This document shows positions 29,086 through 36,941 of a stretch of DNA of 64,000 nt, one piece after another. The translations under genes and the position numbers were made by a program. How positions within the stretch are numbered: position 1 is the first letter of the stretch; each line of letters opens with the position of its first letter. The notes under the pieces are model-generated. The model ran no database searches and was not told the origin of the DNA. It worked only from the letters and a program-made list of their open reading frames with translations. This DNA is from Bacteroidota bacterium. GTDB lineage: Bacteria; Bacteroidota; Rhodothermia; Rhodothermales; JBCCMF01. Location: assembly GCA_038747545.1 (NCBI GenBank), contig JBCDJT010000002.1, positions 25,041-89,040 on the forward strand, given 5' to 3'.

Positions 29086-29547
29086 CTACGTCTGGTAGTA
29101 CTGCAGGATGTCGGCCTCGGCGGTGCTTTCTTCGAGCACCTCGCCGCACTTGCGGCAGGTGAAGCGGATGCTTTTGGGGTGGCCCATGCTGAGGCCTAGG
29201 AAAACGCCCGACCAGTAGTTGAAGCTGGGGTACTGGGCCTCGGGCGAGACCCAGAAGCTGGCGCGGGTGTGCCCACAGCGGCACGTGGGCAGGTTGGCGT
29301 CGCTGTACGCCTGCTCCAAGTTGACCTGCACCGTGACCGCGGTGCCCACGGCTTCGTGAATCGCCAGCGTAGCGCGGCGGGCGGCCTGCCGGGCGAAGGG
29401 CGCGTCGGTATCGTCGAGCACCAGCGTCACGCTGACGGCATCGCCCTCGACCCGAACATCGCGGATGCGCTCCATCTGCGCCAGCGTCTGTCGGTGTTGC
29501 GGCTCTTGGAGGTGGGCGAGGGCATCGAGGATGTGGTCAGGCGACAT
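29086..29547 (-). CDS. Hypothetical protein: DUF59/MIP18-like N-terminal domain fused to a C-terminal CxC...CxxC zinc-ribbon-like region
   Basis: 153 aa. The N-terminus ILDALAHLQEPQHRQTLAQMERIRDVRVEGDAVSVTLVL resembles the Mrp/ApbC-type DUF59 domain. The C-terminus carries CRCGH ... CRKCG. Confidence 0.5.
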   Translation of the reverse strand: MSPDHILDALAHLQEPQHRQTLAQMERIRDVRVEGDAVSVTLVLDDTDAPFARQAARRATLAIHEAVGTAVTVQVNLEQAYSDANLPTCRCGHTRASFWVSPEAQYPSFNYWSGVFLGLSMGHPKSIRFTCRKCGEVLEESTAEADILQYYQT

Positions 29548-29676
29548 GTGTGCAGGACGGGACGTGAGGCGGGCAGTGGCTACGAGTCCCTTGATGCTGC
29601 GTTCCGCTAGGTGTTACGCATCCGCGACGGGCTCCATGCAACTTTCTCCAAACCGCCCGTAGGCTCTGCCTTTAAT

Positions 29677-29692
29677 ATCTACATTTGTGGAT
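29677..29692. promoter_or_regulatory. Imperfect inverted repeat immediately upstream of padR (candidate PadR operator)
   Basis: atctaca-tt-tgtggat, a 7-2-7 repeat with one mismatch per arm, ending 4 nt before ATG 29696 in an AT-rich stretch. Confidence 0.3.
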
Positions 29693-29695
29693 AAT

Positions 29696-30037
29696 ATGAA
29701 GGGCAACAACCTGGGCGAGTTCGAAGAGCTGATCCTGCTGACGGTGGCCGCGCTGCACGGCGGCGCGTACGGCCTTGCCATCAAGAAGACGCTTGCGGCC
29801 GAGACCGAACGTAAGGTGACGCTGAGCGCTGTCCATGCCGCCTGTAACAGGCTGCAAGACAAGGGTTTTCTGTCGGCCGAGTTCGGGGCCGCCACCGCGC
29901 GGCGCGGCGGCAAGCGCAAGAAGCTGTACACCGTCACAGTGCGCGGGCAGGAGGCCTTGCACGAGGCCCAAGCGCTTCGCATGCGCCTGTGGCGCCGCAT
30001 CCCGCCCGGCAACCTCCAGATCGACGTGTCATGGTAG
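29696..30037 (+). CDS. PadR-family transcriptional regulator
   Basis: MKGNNLGEFEELILLTVAALHGGAYGLAIKKTL...AVHAACNRLQDKGFL...GGKRKKLYTVT is a PadR winged helix. The track starts at GTG 29687; ATG 29696 is preferred. Confidence 0.85.
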   Translation: MKGNNLGEFEELILLTVAALHGGAYGLAIKKTLAAETERKVTLSAVHAACNRLQDKGFLSAEFGAATARRGGKRKKLYTVTVRGQEALHEAQALRMRLWRRIPPGNLQIDVSW

Positions 30038-32688
30038 ACGACCCGCGCCCCTACCCCGACCCGCTGCCACGCCTCACCCGCGTGCTCCGTGCCCTCTGCG
30101 CCGACCGCTTCTGGGAAGAAGTCAGCGGCGACCTGCACGAGCTGTTCCTCGACGACGTGGAGGCGTATGGCGTGGCCCGCGCCAACCGCCGTTACCTGCT
30201 CAACGCCTTCCGCTACCTCACGCCCTTCTTCATCAGCCAAACCTCGGCGTTCGTCGCCCTCCAACCCGCCATGCTCAAACACCACCTCAAGATCTCGACG
30301 CGCCACCTCGTGCGCCAGCGGTTCTACTCGCTCATCAACATCAGCGGCCTGGCAGTGGGCCTGGCGTGCTGCCTGATGATCGTGCTCTTCATCCGCCATG
30401 AACTGAGCTACGATCAGCACTTCACTGATGGTGACCGCCTCTACCGCGTCCTCGACAGCTTCGAGTCCGCCGAGCGGTCAGGGATAGCCAGCGTGACGGC
30501 GACGCCCGTGGCCAGCGCGTTGGAAGCCGACTTCCCCGAGGTAGAGCAGGCTACGCGGATCGCGCCGCAGCTCTACGAGGCGGGGTCAAGCCTCGTGCGC
30601 ACGGCCAACGATCCGCAGAACCGCTACGAGACCGGCTTTGTCTACGCCGATCCCAACTTTTTCGCTGTCTTTGACTTCCCGTTCGTGCAGGGCACGCCCG
30701 AGACGGCCTTGGCCGAGCCTCGGACGCTGGTGCTCACGGAGCAGCGGGCTGCCGAGCTATTCCCCGGGCAGGACCCGGTGGGGCAAACGCTCGTCCTCAA
30801 CAACGACACCGAAGCGCCCTTCACCGTAACGGGCGTGCTGGCCGATCTGCCGTCGAACACGCACTTTCACTTCGACTACCTGATGTCGATGGCGGGCGTG
30901 GAGGTGGCGCAGATCCCGAACTGGAGCTTCTCGAACTTCGTGACCTACGTGAAGCTGCGCGAGGGCGTGGCGGCCCAGGCAGTGAACGCCAAGCTCCCCG
31001 CATTCATGGCAACCTACCGGGGCGAGCCGCGGCTGGGCGCGTCGGCTACGTTCACGCTGCAACCCGTGCAAGACATCCACCTCTATTCGAGCGATATCTA
31101 TGGCTTCTGGAGCCACGGTAACATCCAGTACGTGTGGCTCTTTGGCGCCATCGCGGCGTTCATCCTACTGATTGCGGCGATCAACTTCATGAACCTGTCC
31201 ACAGCACGGTCGGCCAACCGGGCGCGGGAGATCGGACTGCGCAAGGTGCTGGGCTCGGTGCGGGCCCAAGTGGCTGCGCAGTTCTTGGTGGAGGCCGTGG
31301 TCATCAGCGCGCTGGCGATGGGGCTGGCCGTGGCCCTCGTGGCGCTGGCCCTGCCGTGGTTCAACGCCCTCGCCGACCAATCGCTGACGCTACCGTGGGG
31401 CGAGGCGGGCATCTACCCTGCGCTACTCACGACGTTGGTGGCCCTGGGTCTGCTCGCGGGTGCGTATCCGGCGCTCTACCTCTCGGGCTTCCAGCCCATC
31501 CGCGTGCTGAAGGGCAGCCTCAGCATAGGCAGCAAAAGCGGCACGCTCCGCTCGGCGCTCGTCGTCTTCCAGTTTGCGACGTCGATTGTACTGCTCATCG
31601 GCAGCTTGGTGGTGAGCCAGCAGATGGACTTCCTCCAGAACAAGGCGCTCGGCTTTGAGAAGGACCAAGTGCTCATCGTGGAAGACAGCTTCACGCTGGG
31701 CGAGCAGGCTGAGGCGTTCAAGGCCGAACTAGAGCGGATCCCCGGCGTGCAGCGCAGCACCTCTAGCAGCTTCGTGCCCGTAGAGGGCTACACGTACAAC
31801 GGCTCGGGGGCGTGGGTAGAAGGCACAGACCCGGCTGAGGGCGAGATTGCCGTGGCCAAGTGGTTTGTGGACGATGACTACGCCGAGACGCTGGGCTTGG
31901 AACTGGTAGCGGGTCGCTTCTTCGACCCGTCTCGCCCCGGCGATGCCGAGGCCACCGTGCTCAACGAGGAAGCCGTGGCCGAATTCGGGTTCGACGACCC
32001 CATCGGGCAGCGCGTGCGGTCGTACACGCGCCTGGACCCGGAGACGGGCGAGCTGGTCTCGGACGCGTACACGGTCATCGGCGTCGTCAAGGACTTCCAC
32101 TTCCAGTCGATGAAAGACGACATCGGTCCGCTCACCATGGTGCCTGGCCAGGGCGGTCAAGCTACACTCATCAAGCTCAGCACGGATGACGTGCAAAACA
32201 CGCTGGCACAGGTCGAAGCTTTGTGGACGCGGTTCGTGCCCGAGCAGCCCTTCCGCTACAACTTCTTGGACGAGCGGTTCGCGCAGATGTACACCTTCGA
32301 GGCGCGCGTGGGCCGCTTGTTCGGCGTCTTCACTGCGCTGGCGATGCTGGTGGCGTGCCTCGGGCTGTTTGCGCTGGCCGCCTTCATGACCGAGCAGCGA
32401 CGGCAGGAGGTCGGCATCCGCAAGGTGCTCGGCGCCTCGCTGGCGCAGATCATCGTCCTGCTCACGCGCCACTTCGCCATGCTGGTGGGCATTGCCTTTA
32501 TCGTAGCTGCCCCGGTGGGCTACCTGCTGATGAGCCGCTGGCTGCAGGACTTCAGCTACCACGCGCCCATCTCGCTGACGGTCTTCCTCGTGGCGGGCGT
32601 GTCGGCGCTCGTCATCGCCGTGCTGACGATCAGCTACCAAGCTACGAGGGCGGCGCTGGCCAACCCAGCGGAGAGTTTGCGACAGTAA
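30031..32688 (+). CDS. Duplicated FtsX/MacB-type permease with PadR-associated N-terminal prefix domain (ADOP-like orphan permease)
   Basis: 885 aa from ATG 30031, overlapping the padR stop (ATGGTAG). The prefix is FWEEVSGDLHELFLDDVEAYGVARANRRYLLNAFRY. Two FtsX modules (REIGLRKVLGSVRAQV and QEVGIRKVLGASLAQI). Confidence 0.9.
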   Translation: MVDDPRPYPDPLPRLTRVLRALCADRFWEEVSGDLHELFLDDVEAYGVARANRRYLLNAFRYLTPFFISQTSAFVALQPAMLKHHLKISTRHLVRQRFYSLINISGLAVGLACCLMIVLFIRHELSYDQHFTDGDRLYRVLDSFESAERSGIASVTATPVASALEADFPEVEQATRIAPQLYEAGSSLVRTANDPQNRYETGFVYADPNFFAVFDFPFVQGTPETALAEPRTLVLTEQRAAELFPGQDPVGQTLVLNNDTEAPFTVTGVLADLPSNTHFHFDYLMSMAGVEVAQIPNWSFSNFVTYVKLREGVAAQAVNAKLPAFMATYRGEPRLGASATFTLQPVQDIHLYSSDIYGFWSHGNIQYVWLFGAIAAFILLIAAINFMNLSTARSANRAREIGLRKVLGSVRAQVAAQFLVEAVVISALAMGLAVALVALALPWFNALADQSLTLPWGEAGIYPALLTTLVALGLLAGAYPALYLSGFQPIRVLKGSLSIGSKSGTLRSALVVFQFATSIVLLIGSLVVSQQMDFLQNKALGFEKDQVLIVEDSFTLGEQAEAFKAELERIPGVQRSTSSSFVPVEGYTYNGSGAWVEGTDPAEGEIAVAKWFVDDDYAETLGLELVAGRFFDPSRPGDAEATVLNEEAVAEFGFDDPIGQRVRSYTRLDPETGELVSDAYTVIGVVKDFHFQSMKDDIGPLTMVPGQGGQATLIKLSTDDVQNTLAQVEALWTRFVPEQPFRYNFLDERFAQMYTFEARVGRLFGVFTALAMLVACLGLFALAAFMTEQRRQEVGIRKVLGASLAQIIVLLTRHFAMLVGIAFIVAAPVGYLLMSRWLQDFSYHAPISLTVFLVAGVSALVIAVLTISYQATRAALANPAESLRQ

Positions 32689-32728
32689 GAGCAAGAGAGA
32701 TCGGCGTAGAGGCAGACAGGCTGGCCAG

Positions 32729-32749
32729 ATTACCCCAATGCGGGTATTG
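32729..32749 (+). promoter_or_regulatory. Conserved palindromic upstream motif, copy 1 (ATTACCCCAAnnCGGGTATTG)
   Basis: attaccccaatgcgggtattg ends exactly 60 nt before ATG 32809. A near-identical motif sits at the same spacing before the paralog at 34852. Confidence 0.45.
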
Positions 32750-32808
32750 GCCGTAACGAAGCCGCAGGATAACCTACTGTTTTCCCTCCACCTGCGATTT
32801 CGAACCTC

Positions 32809-34581
32809 ATGAAAACGATTGCTTGGCTGGCTGTGCTAGGTCTTGTCAGCAGCGCCTCGGCTTTTGCACAAGTGGAGACACCATCCACGCGCGATCAGAA
32901 CGGCTGCCCGGCTGCCCGCAGCGGAAACGGACCGCTCAACATCAGCTACGGCGGTGCCCTGTCTAGCAGCGATGACATGCTTGAGGAGCGCCTGTACTAT
33001 GACACGTGCACGATCCGGCTCAACGAAGGCGAGCGGGTGGTGATTGATCTGACCTCTGACGCGTTTGACACCTACCTCTTCGTGCGATCGCCCAGCGGCG
33101 AGGTGACGCAGAACAACGACCACGAAGGCTTCACCAACCGCTCGCGCATTGAGCTCGGCGCTACCGAGACTGGGGACTGGCTGATCGGATTCACCTCGCG
33201 GTACGAGAAGAAAACAGGTGCATACCGAGTGACCATAACGACGACGGCGCAGGACAGCGAGCACAGCTTCATCACCCGAACGGGCAGCCTCGCTGCTATC
33301 ATCTCAGAAATGATGGCTCGTGAGGACGGCAATTCGTACGTCATAAACGTGACCGCTGGGCAGCGCGTTATCGCAGACCTCACCTCGTCAGATTTTGACC
33401 CGTATCTGATCCTGATCGACCCCAGTGGGAATAAGACGCGGAACGACGACTATGAAGGCGCCTCTGACCGATCGCGCATCGCGCTGACGGCCAGGGAAAG
33501 TGGGGAGTGGAAAGTGATAGTCACGAGCTCTAAGGCAGGCGATGCAGGAAGCTATACGCTTCAGATAAATCGGCCAATCGCCAATATTATGGGCTCACTT
33601 GACGACGAAGATGACCAACTCAGCAGCGGCGAATACGCCGACGTTTATACCGTGGATCTGGCGGCTGGGGAGGATATCGAGATCAGCGTGGTCTCCTTCT
33701 ACATAGAGCCCTTCGTAATTCTGATTGACCCCAACGGCGAACAAACGCAGAACTATGCCTACAGAGACATAACTAGCCACGCGGCCATCGAGCTAACGGC
33801 AGGCGTAACCGGAGCGTGGACCATCATTGTGACAAGCGTTAAGCCCGGAGAGACTGGGAAGTACCTGCTAAGTACAACGCCCAGCACCAGGGAAGGCGGG
33901 CGTGTGGGCAGCGCAATGAGCCCCTCTGGAGGCGCTGGCAGCAGTGCGCTCCAGGGCACGCTCAGCAGCAGTGACCGCACGCTCAACAAGGGCGAATACT
34001 ACGACGCTTACTACGTGACCGTAAACGAGGGCGATCGCATCCAGGCGGCGCTGACGTCGAATGACTTCGACACCTACCTCGTGGCCATGTCATCCAGCGG
34101 CGATCGGCAAGAGAACGACGATGTCGATGGCTCGGAGAACCGTTCCAAACTCGACTTCCGCGCGACCGAGGACGGCCAGTGGCGCATCATAGCGACGTCG
34201 TACGACGGTGGCGAGCGCGGCGCGTACAACCTGGAGCTGACGCCTTCACCCGTCACAGGCCCTGCGGCCGAACAAGCCTTCTATGGCACACTCCGTGCGG
34301 GCGACCGCACACTGGACAGCGGCGAGTACTACGATGTTTACTACTTCCGGGCTGAGGCAGGGCAAACAATCACGGTCAAGATGACTTCGCTCGACTTTGA
34401 TACCTACCTCCTTGTGGCTGACCCGAGTGGGGAGATGACAGAAAACGACGACTTCCGCGACTCGAAGAACCGCTCGCGTGTGGATCTGACCGCCCAAGAG
34501 ACCGGGGAGTGGCGCGTGACGGTGACCTCGTACAAGCCCGGCGAGACGGGTGTCTATGGTCTAGAACTAGTGGTGGAATAA
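32809..34581 (+). CDS. Secreted protein made of five tandem PPC-type (pre-peptidase C-terminal-like) repeats
   Basis: Signal peptide MKTIAWLAVLGLVSSASAFAQ. Five repeats of about 100-115 aa follow the pattern G.L...D..L..GEYYD.Y.....G......TS.DFD.YL....PSG....NDD...S.NRSR..L.A.E.G.W...VTSY..GE.G.Y.L. Confidence 0.8.
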   Translation: MKTIAWLAVLGLVSSASAFAQVETPSTRDQNGCPAARSGNGPLNISYGGALSSSDDMLEERLYYDTCTIRLNEGERVVIDLTSDAFDTYLFVRSPSGEVTQNNDHEGFTNRSRIELGATETGDWLIGFTSRYEKKTGAYRVTITTTAQDSEHSFITRTGSLAAIISEMMAREDGNSYVINVTAGQRVIADLTSSDFDPYLILIDPSGNKTRNDDYEGASDRSRIALTARESGEWKVIVTSSKAGDAGSYTLQINRPIANIMGSLDDEDDQLSSGEYADVYTVDLAAGEDIEISVVSFYIEPFVILIDPNGEQTQNYAYRDITSHAAIELTAGVTGAWTIIVTSVKPGETGKYLLSTTPSTREGGRVGSAMSPSGGAGSSALQGTLSSSDRTLNKGEYYDAYYVTVNEGDRIQAALTSNDFDTYLVAMSSSGDRQENDDVDGSENRSKLDFRATEDGQWRIIATSYDGGERGAYNLELTPSPVTGPAAEQAFYGTLRAGDRTLDSGEYYDVYYFRAEAGQTITVKMTSLDFDTYLLVADPSGEMTENDDFRDSKNRSRVDLTAQETGEWRVTVTSYKPGETGVYGLELVVE

Positions 34582-34771
34582 GTCGCGTAGCCTGTGCCGC
34601 GAACGGCTGTGCTGGCGGTGGCGCATGCAAGATACGCAGCGCATCATCTCCCGATAAAGGAGATACGCTTCATGATAGCTCCGGTGCGTCAGTCGGTAGT
34701 GGGCAGCTAGGGGCGCATCTGTGGCCTGTTGTAGCGCCAAAGAGGGGGTTTTAGGAGGCAGCGCGCTACGT

Positions 34772-34792
34772 ATTACCCCAAGCCGGGTATTG
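34772..34792 (+). promoter_or_regulatory. Conserved palindromic upstream motif, copy 2
   Basis: attaccccaagccgggtattg ends exactly 60 nt before ATG 34852. Confidence 0.45.
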
Positions 34793-34851
34793 TGCCCTCT
34801 CAATGAGCACATGTAGTCTGCGCCTAACGTTCCACCTACTTTCCCGATGTC

Positions 34852-36855
34852 ATGAAGTCGCTCGTCTGGCTGGCCTTGTTCAGCCTCCTTGGTCTCACAT
34901 CCGCCGTTGCCCAAGAGCAGATCACCGTCAAGCACTCGTGCAGCTACATCGGCGAGCTGCCGGATGAAACGCTGTGGAGCTTCGCGTCAGACATGGAGGC
35001 GCAGGACGCTGTGGCGCGCGTGATGAACTTCACGGGGCTGCCGCAGAACTTCGACATCATGGCCGCCAACGTGCCCAACGCGGCGGCGGTGATCCGCGGC
35101 GAGCGGCGGCTGATCCTCTACAACCAAGGCTTCATGGAGCGCGTGGCCAACGCCACCAGCAACGACTGGGCCGCCATCAGCATCATGGCGCACGAGATTG
35201 GCCACCACCTCTCGGGCCATACGCTGGAAGCCGGCGGGAGCCGTCCGAAGATCGAGCTGGAGTCCGACCGCTTCTCGGGCTACGTGCTCCAGCGCATGGG
35301 CGCCAGCCTGGAAGACGCACAGATCGCCATGCGCACGCTGGCCAGCGACCGGGGCAGCGACACCCACCCCGCTAAGAGCGCCCGCCTCGCGGCGATCCAA
35401 AACGGCTGGATGGCCGCCCGCGACCAGAACGGCGGGGCCGTCCGCGATCAGCAGCCTGTCACGCGCAACGACGTACCCGTGCAACCCACGGTAGCTGACA
35501 ACGACGCCTGCCCAGCCGCCCGCAGCGGCAGCGGCCCCCTCAGCGTCAGCTACAACGGCACGCTCTCGCCCAGCGACGACCAGCTCAACGACGGCGAGCA
35601 CTATGACGTGTGCGGCATTGCGCTGAACCAGGGCGAGCAGGTAGTGCTCGATCTCACGTCTAACGCGTTCGACACGCACCTCTTCGTCATTTCGCCCAGC
35701 GGCGAGATCACGCAGAACGACGACTACGAGGGCTCCACCAACCGCTCGCGCATCGAGCTCGACGCCACCGAGAGCGGCAACTGGCGCGTGGGCGTCACCT
35801 CGTATGCGGGCGGCGAGACGGGGGCGTATCAGGTGAACGTAACGGCATCGCGTGGCGGCAGCGGCGGCGGTGGCCTCGCCACGTACACGGAAAGCCTCGC
35901 CGCGGGCGATGCTCAGCTCAACAGCGGGGAGTATGTGGATGGATACCGGGTCAATGTCACCGCCGGACAGCGCATTTTCATTGACCTCACCTCGTCAGAA
36001 TTCGACCCGTTCTTGATTCTGGTCGACCCCAACGGCGAGCGCACGCAGAACGACGATTTCGAAGGCTCCAGCAGCCAATCACGCATCGACTTGACGGCTG
36101 GTACGAGTGGCGAGTGGAATGTGTTGGTGACGAGCTACAAGCCGGGTGAGGCCGGTGCGTACACGTTGCAAATGAGCCCGCCGCTCGGTAGCGGTGGTAA
36201 GGGCGGCAGTGGCGGAGGCGGCCTACGGGGCACGCTCAGCAGCAGCGACCGCACGCTCAACAAGGGCGAATACTACGACGCCTACTACGTGACCGTAAAC
36301 GAGGGCGACCGCATCCAGGCGGCGCTGACGTCGAACGACTTCGACACCTACCTCGTCGCCATGTCATCCAGCGGGGATCGGCAAGAGAACGACGATGTCG
36401 ATGGCTCGAAGAACCGCTCTGAACTGGACTTTCGCGCCACAGAGGAAGGCCAATGGCGCATCTTTGTCACGTCGTATGCCGGTGGCGAGCAAGGCGCGTA
36501 CAACCTCGATCTCACGCCCTCGCCCACGTCGGGCGCGGTCGCTTCGCAGGCCTTCCGTGGCGAGCTCAACGCCAACGACCGCACGCTAGACAGCGGCGAG
36601 TACTACGACGTCTACTACTTCCAAGCGAACGCCGGGCAGACCGTGACCGTAGAGATGACCTCGCTCGACTTCGACACGTACATCGTGGTGGCTGACCCGC
36701 GCGGTGGTAAAACCGACAACGACGACTTCCGCGACTCGAAGAACGTCTCGCGACTGGAGCTGACGGCCCAGGAGAGCGGGGAGTGGCGCGTCACGGTGAC
36801 CTCGTACCAGCCGGGCGAGACGGGCGCCTATCGCCTGGACGTGAGCGTTCGCTGA
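34852..36855 (+). CDS. Secreted M48-like zinc metalloprotease domain (HEIGHH) fused to four PPC-type repeats; paralog of 32809..34581
   Basis: Signal peptide MKSLVWLALFSLLGLTSAVAQ. IMAHEIGHHLSGH (DNA 35191-35208) ... ELESDRFSG ... THPAKSARL is an M48-style HExxH...E...HP..R arrangement. Four repeats follow, colinear with repeats 1, 2, 4 and 5 of the upstream paralog. Confidence 0.8.
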   Translation: MKSLVWLALFSLLGLTSAVAQEQITVKHSCSYIGELPDETLWSFASDMEAQDAVARVMNFTGLPQNFDIMAANVPNAAAVIRGERRLILYNQGFMERVANATSNDWAAISIMAHEIGHHLSGHTLEAGGSRPKIELESDRFSGYVLQRMGASLEDAQIAMRTLASDRGSDTHPAKSARLAAIQNGWMAARDQNGGAVRDQQPVTRNDVPVQPTVADNDACPAARSGSGPLSVSYNGTLSPSDDQLNDGEHYDVCGIALNQGEQVVLDLTSNAFDTHLFVISPSGEITQNDDYEGSTNRSRIELDATESGNWRVGVTSYAGGETGAYQVNVTASRGGSGGGGLATYTESLAAGDAQLNSGEYVDGYRVNVTAGQRIFIDLTSSEFDPFLILVDPNGERTQNDDFEGSSSQSRIDLTAGTSGEWNVLVTSYKPGEAGAYTLQMSPPLGSGGKGGSGGGGLRGTLSSSDRTLNKGEYYDAYYVTVNEGDRIQAALTSNDFDTYLVAMSSSGDRQENDDVDGSKNRSELDFRATEEGQWRIFVTSYAGGEQGAYNLDLTPSPTSGAVASQAFRGELNANDRTLDSGEYYDVYYFQANAGQTVTVEMTSLDFDTYIVVADPRGGKTDNDDFRDSKNVSRLELTAQESGEWRVTVTSYQPGETGAYRLDVSVR

Positions 36856-36941
36856 AGGGGCGTGCAATGAGTACCTTAACGGGTGGGCGCCGCGGCCGAT
36901 ACACGCTGCGTCCATCCGTTTCGTTTTACGGTCGCTTTGCC

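Noticed and set aside
32809-36855. Periodic DNA repeats of about 300-330 bp that might suggest a CRISPR or satellite array
   Set aside because: The periodicity is that of protein-domain repeats inside two long ORFs with signal peptides. The units are far longer than CRISPR repeats and have no short conserved repeat/spacer structure.
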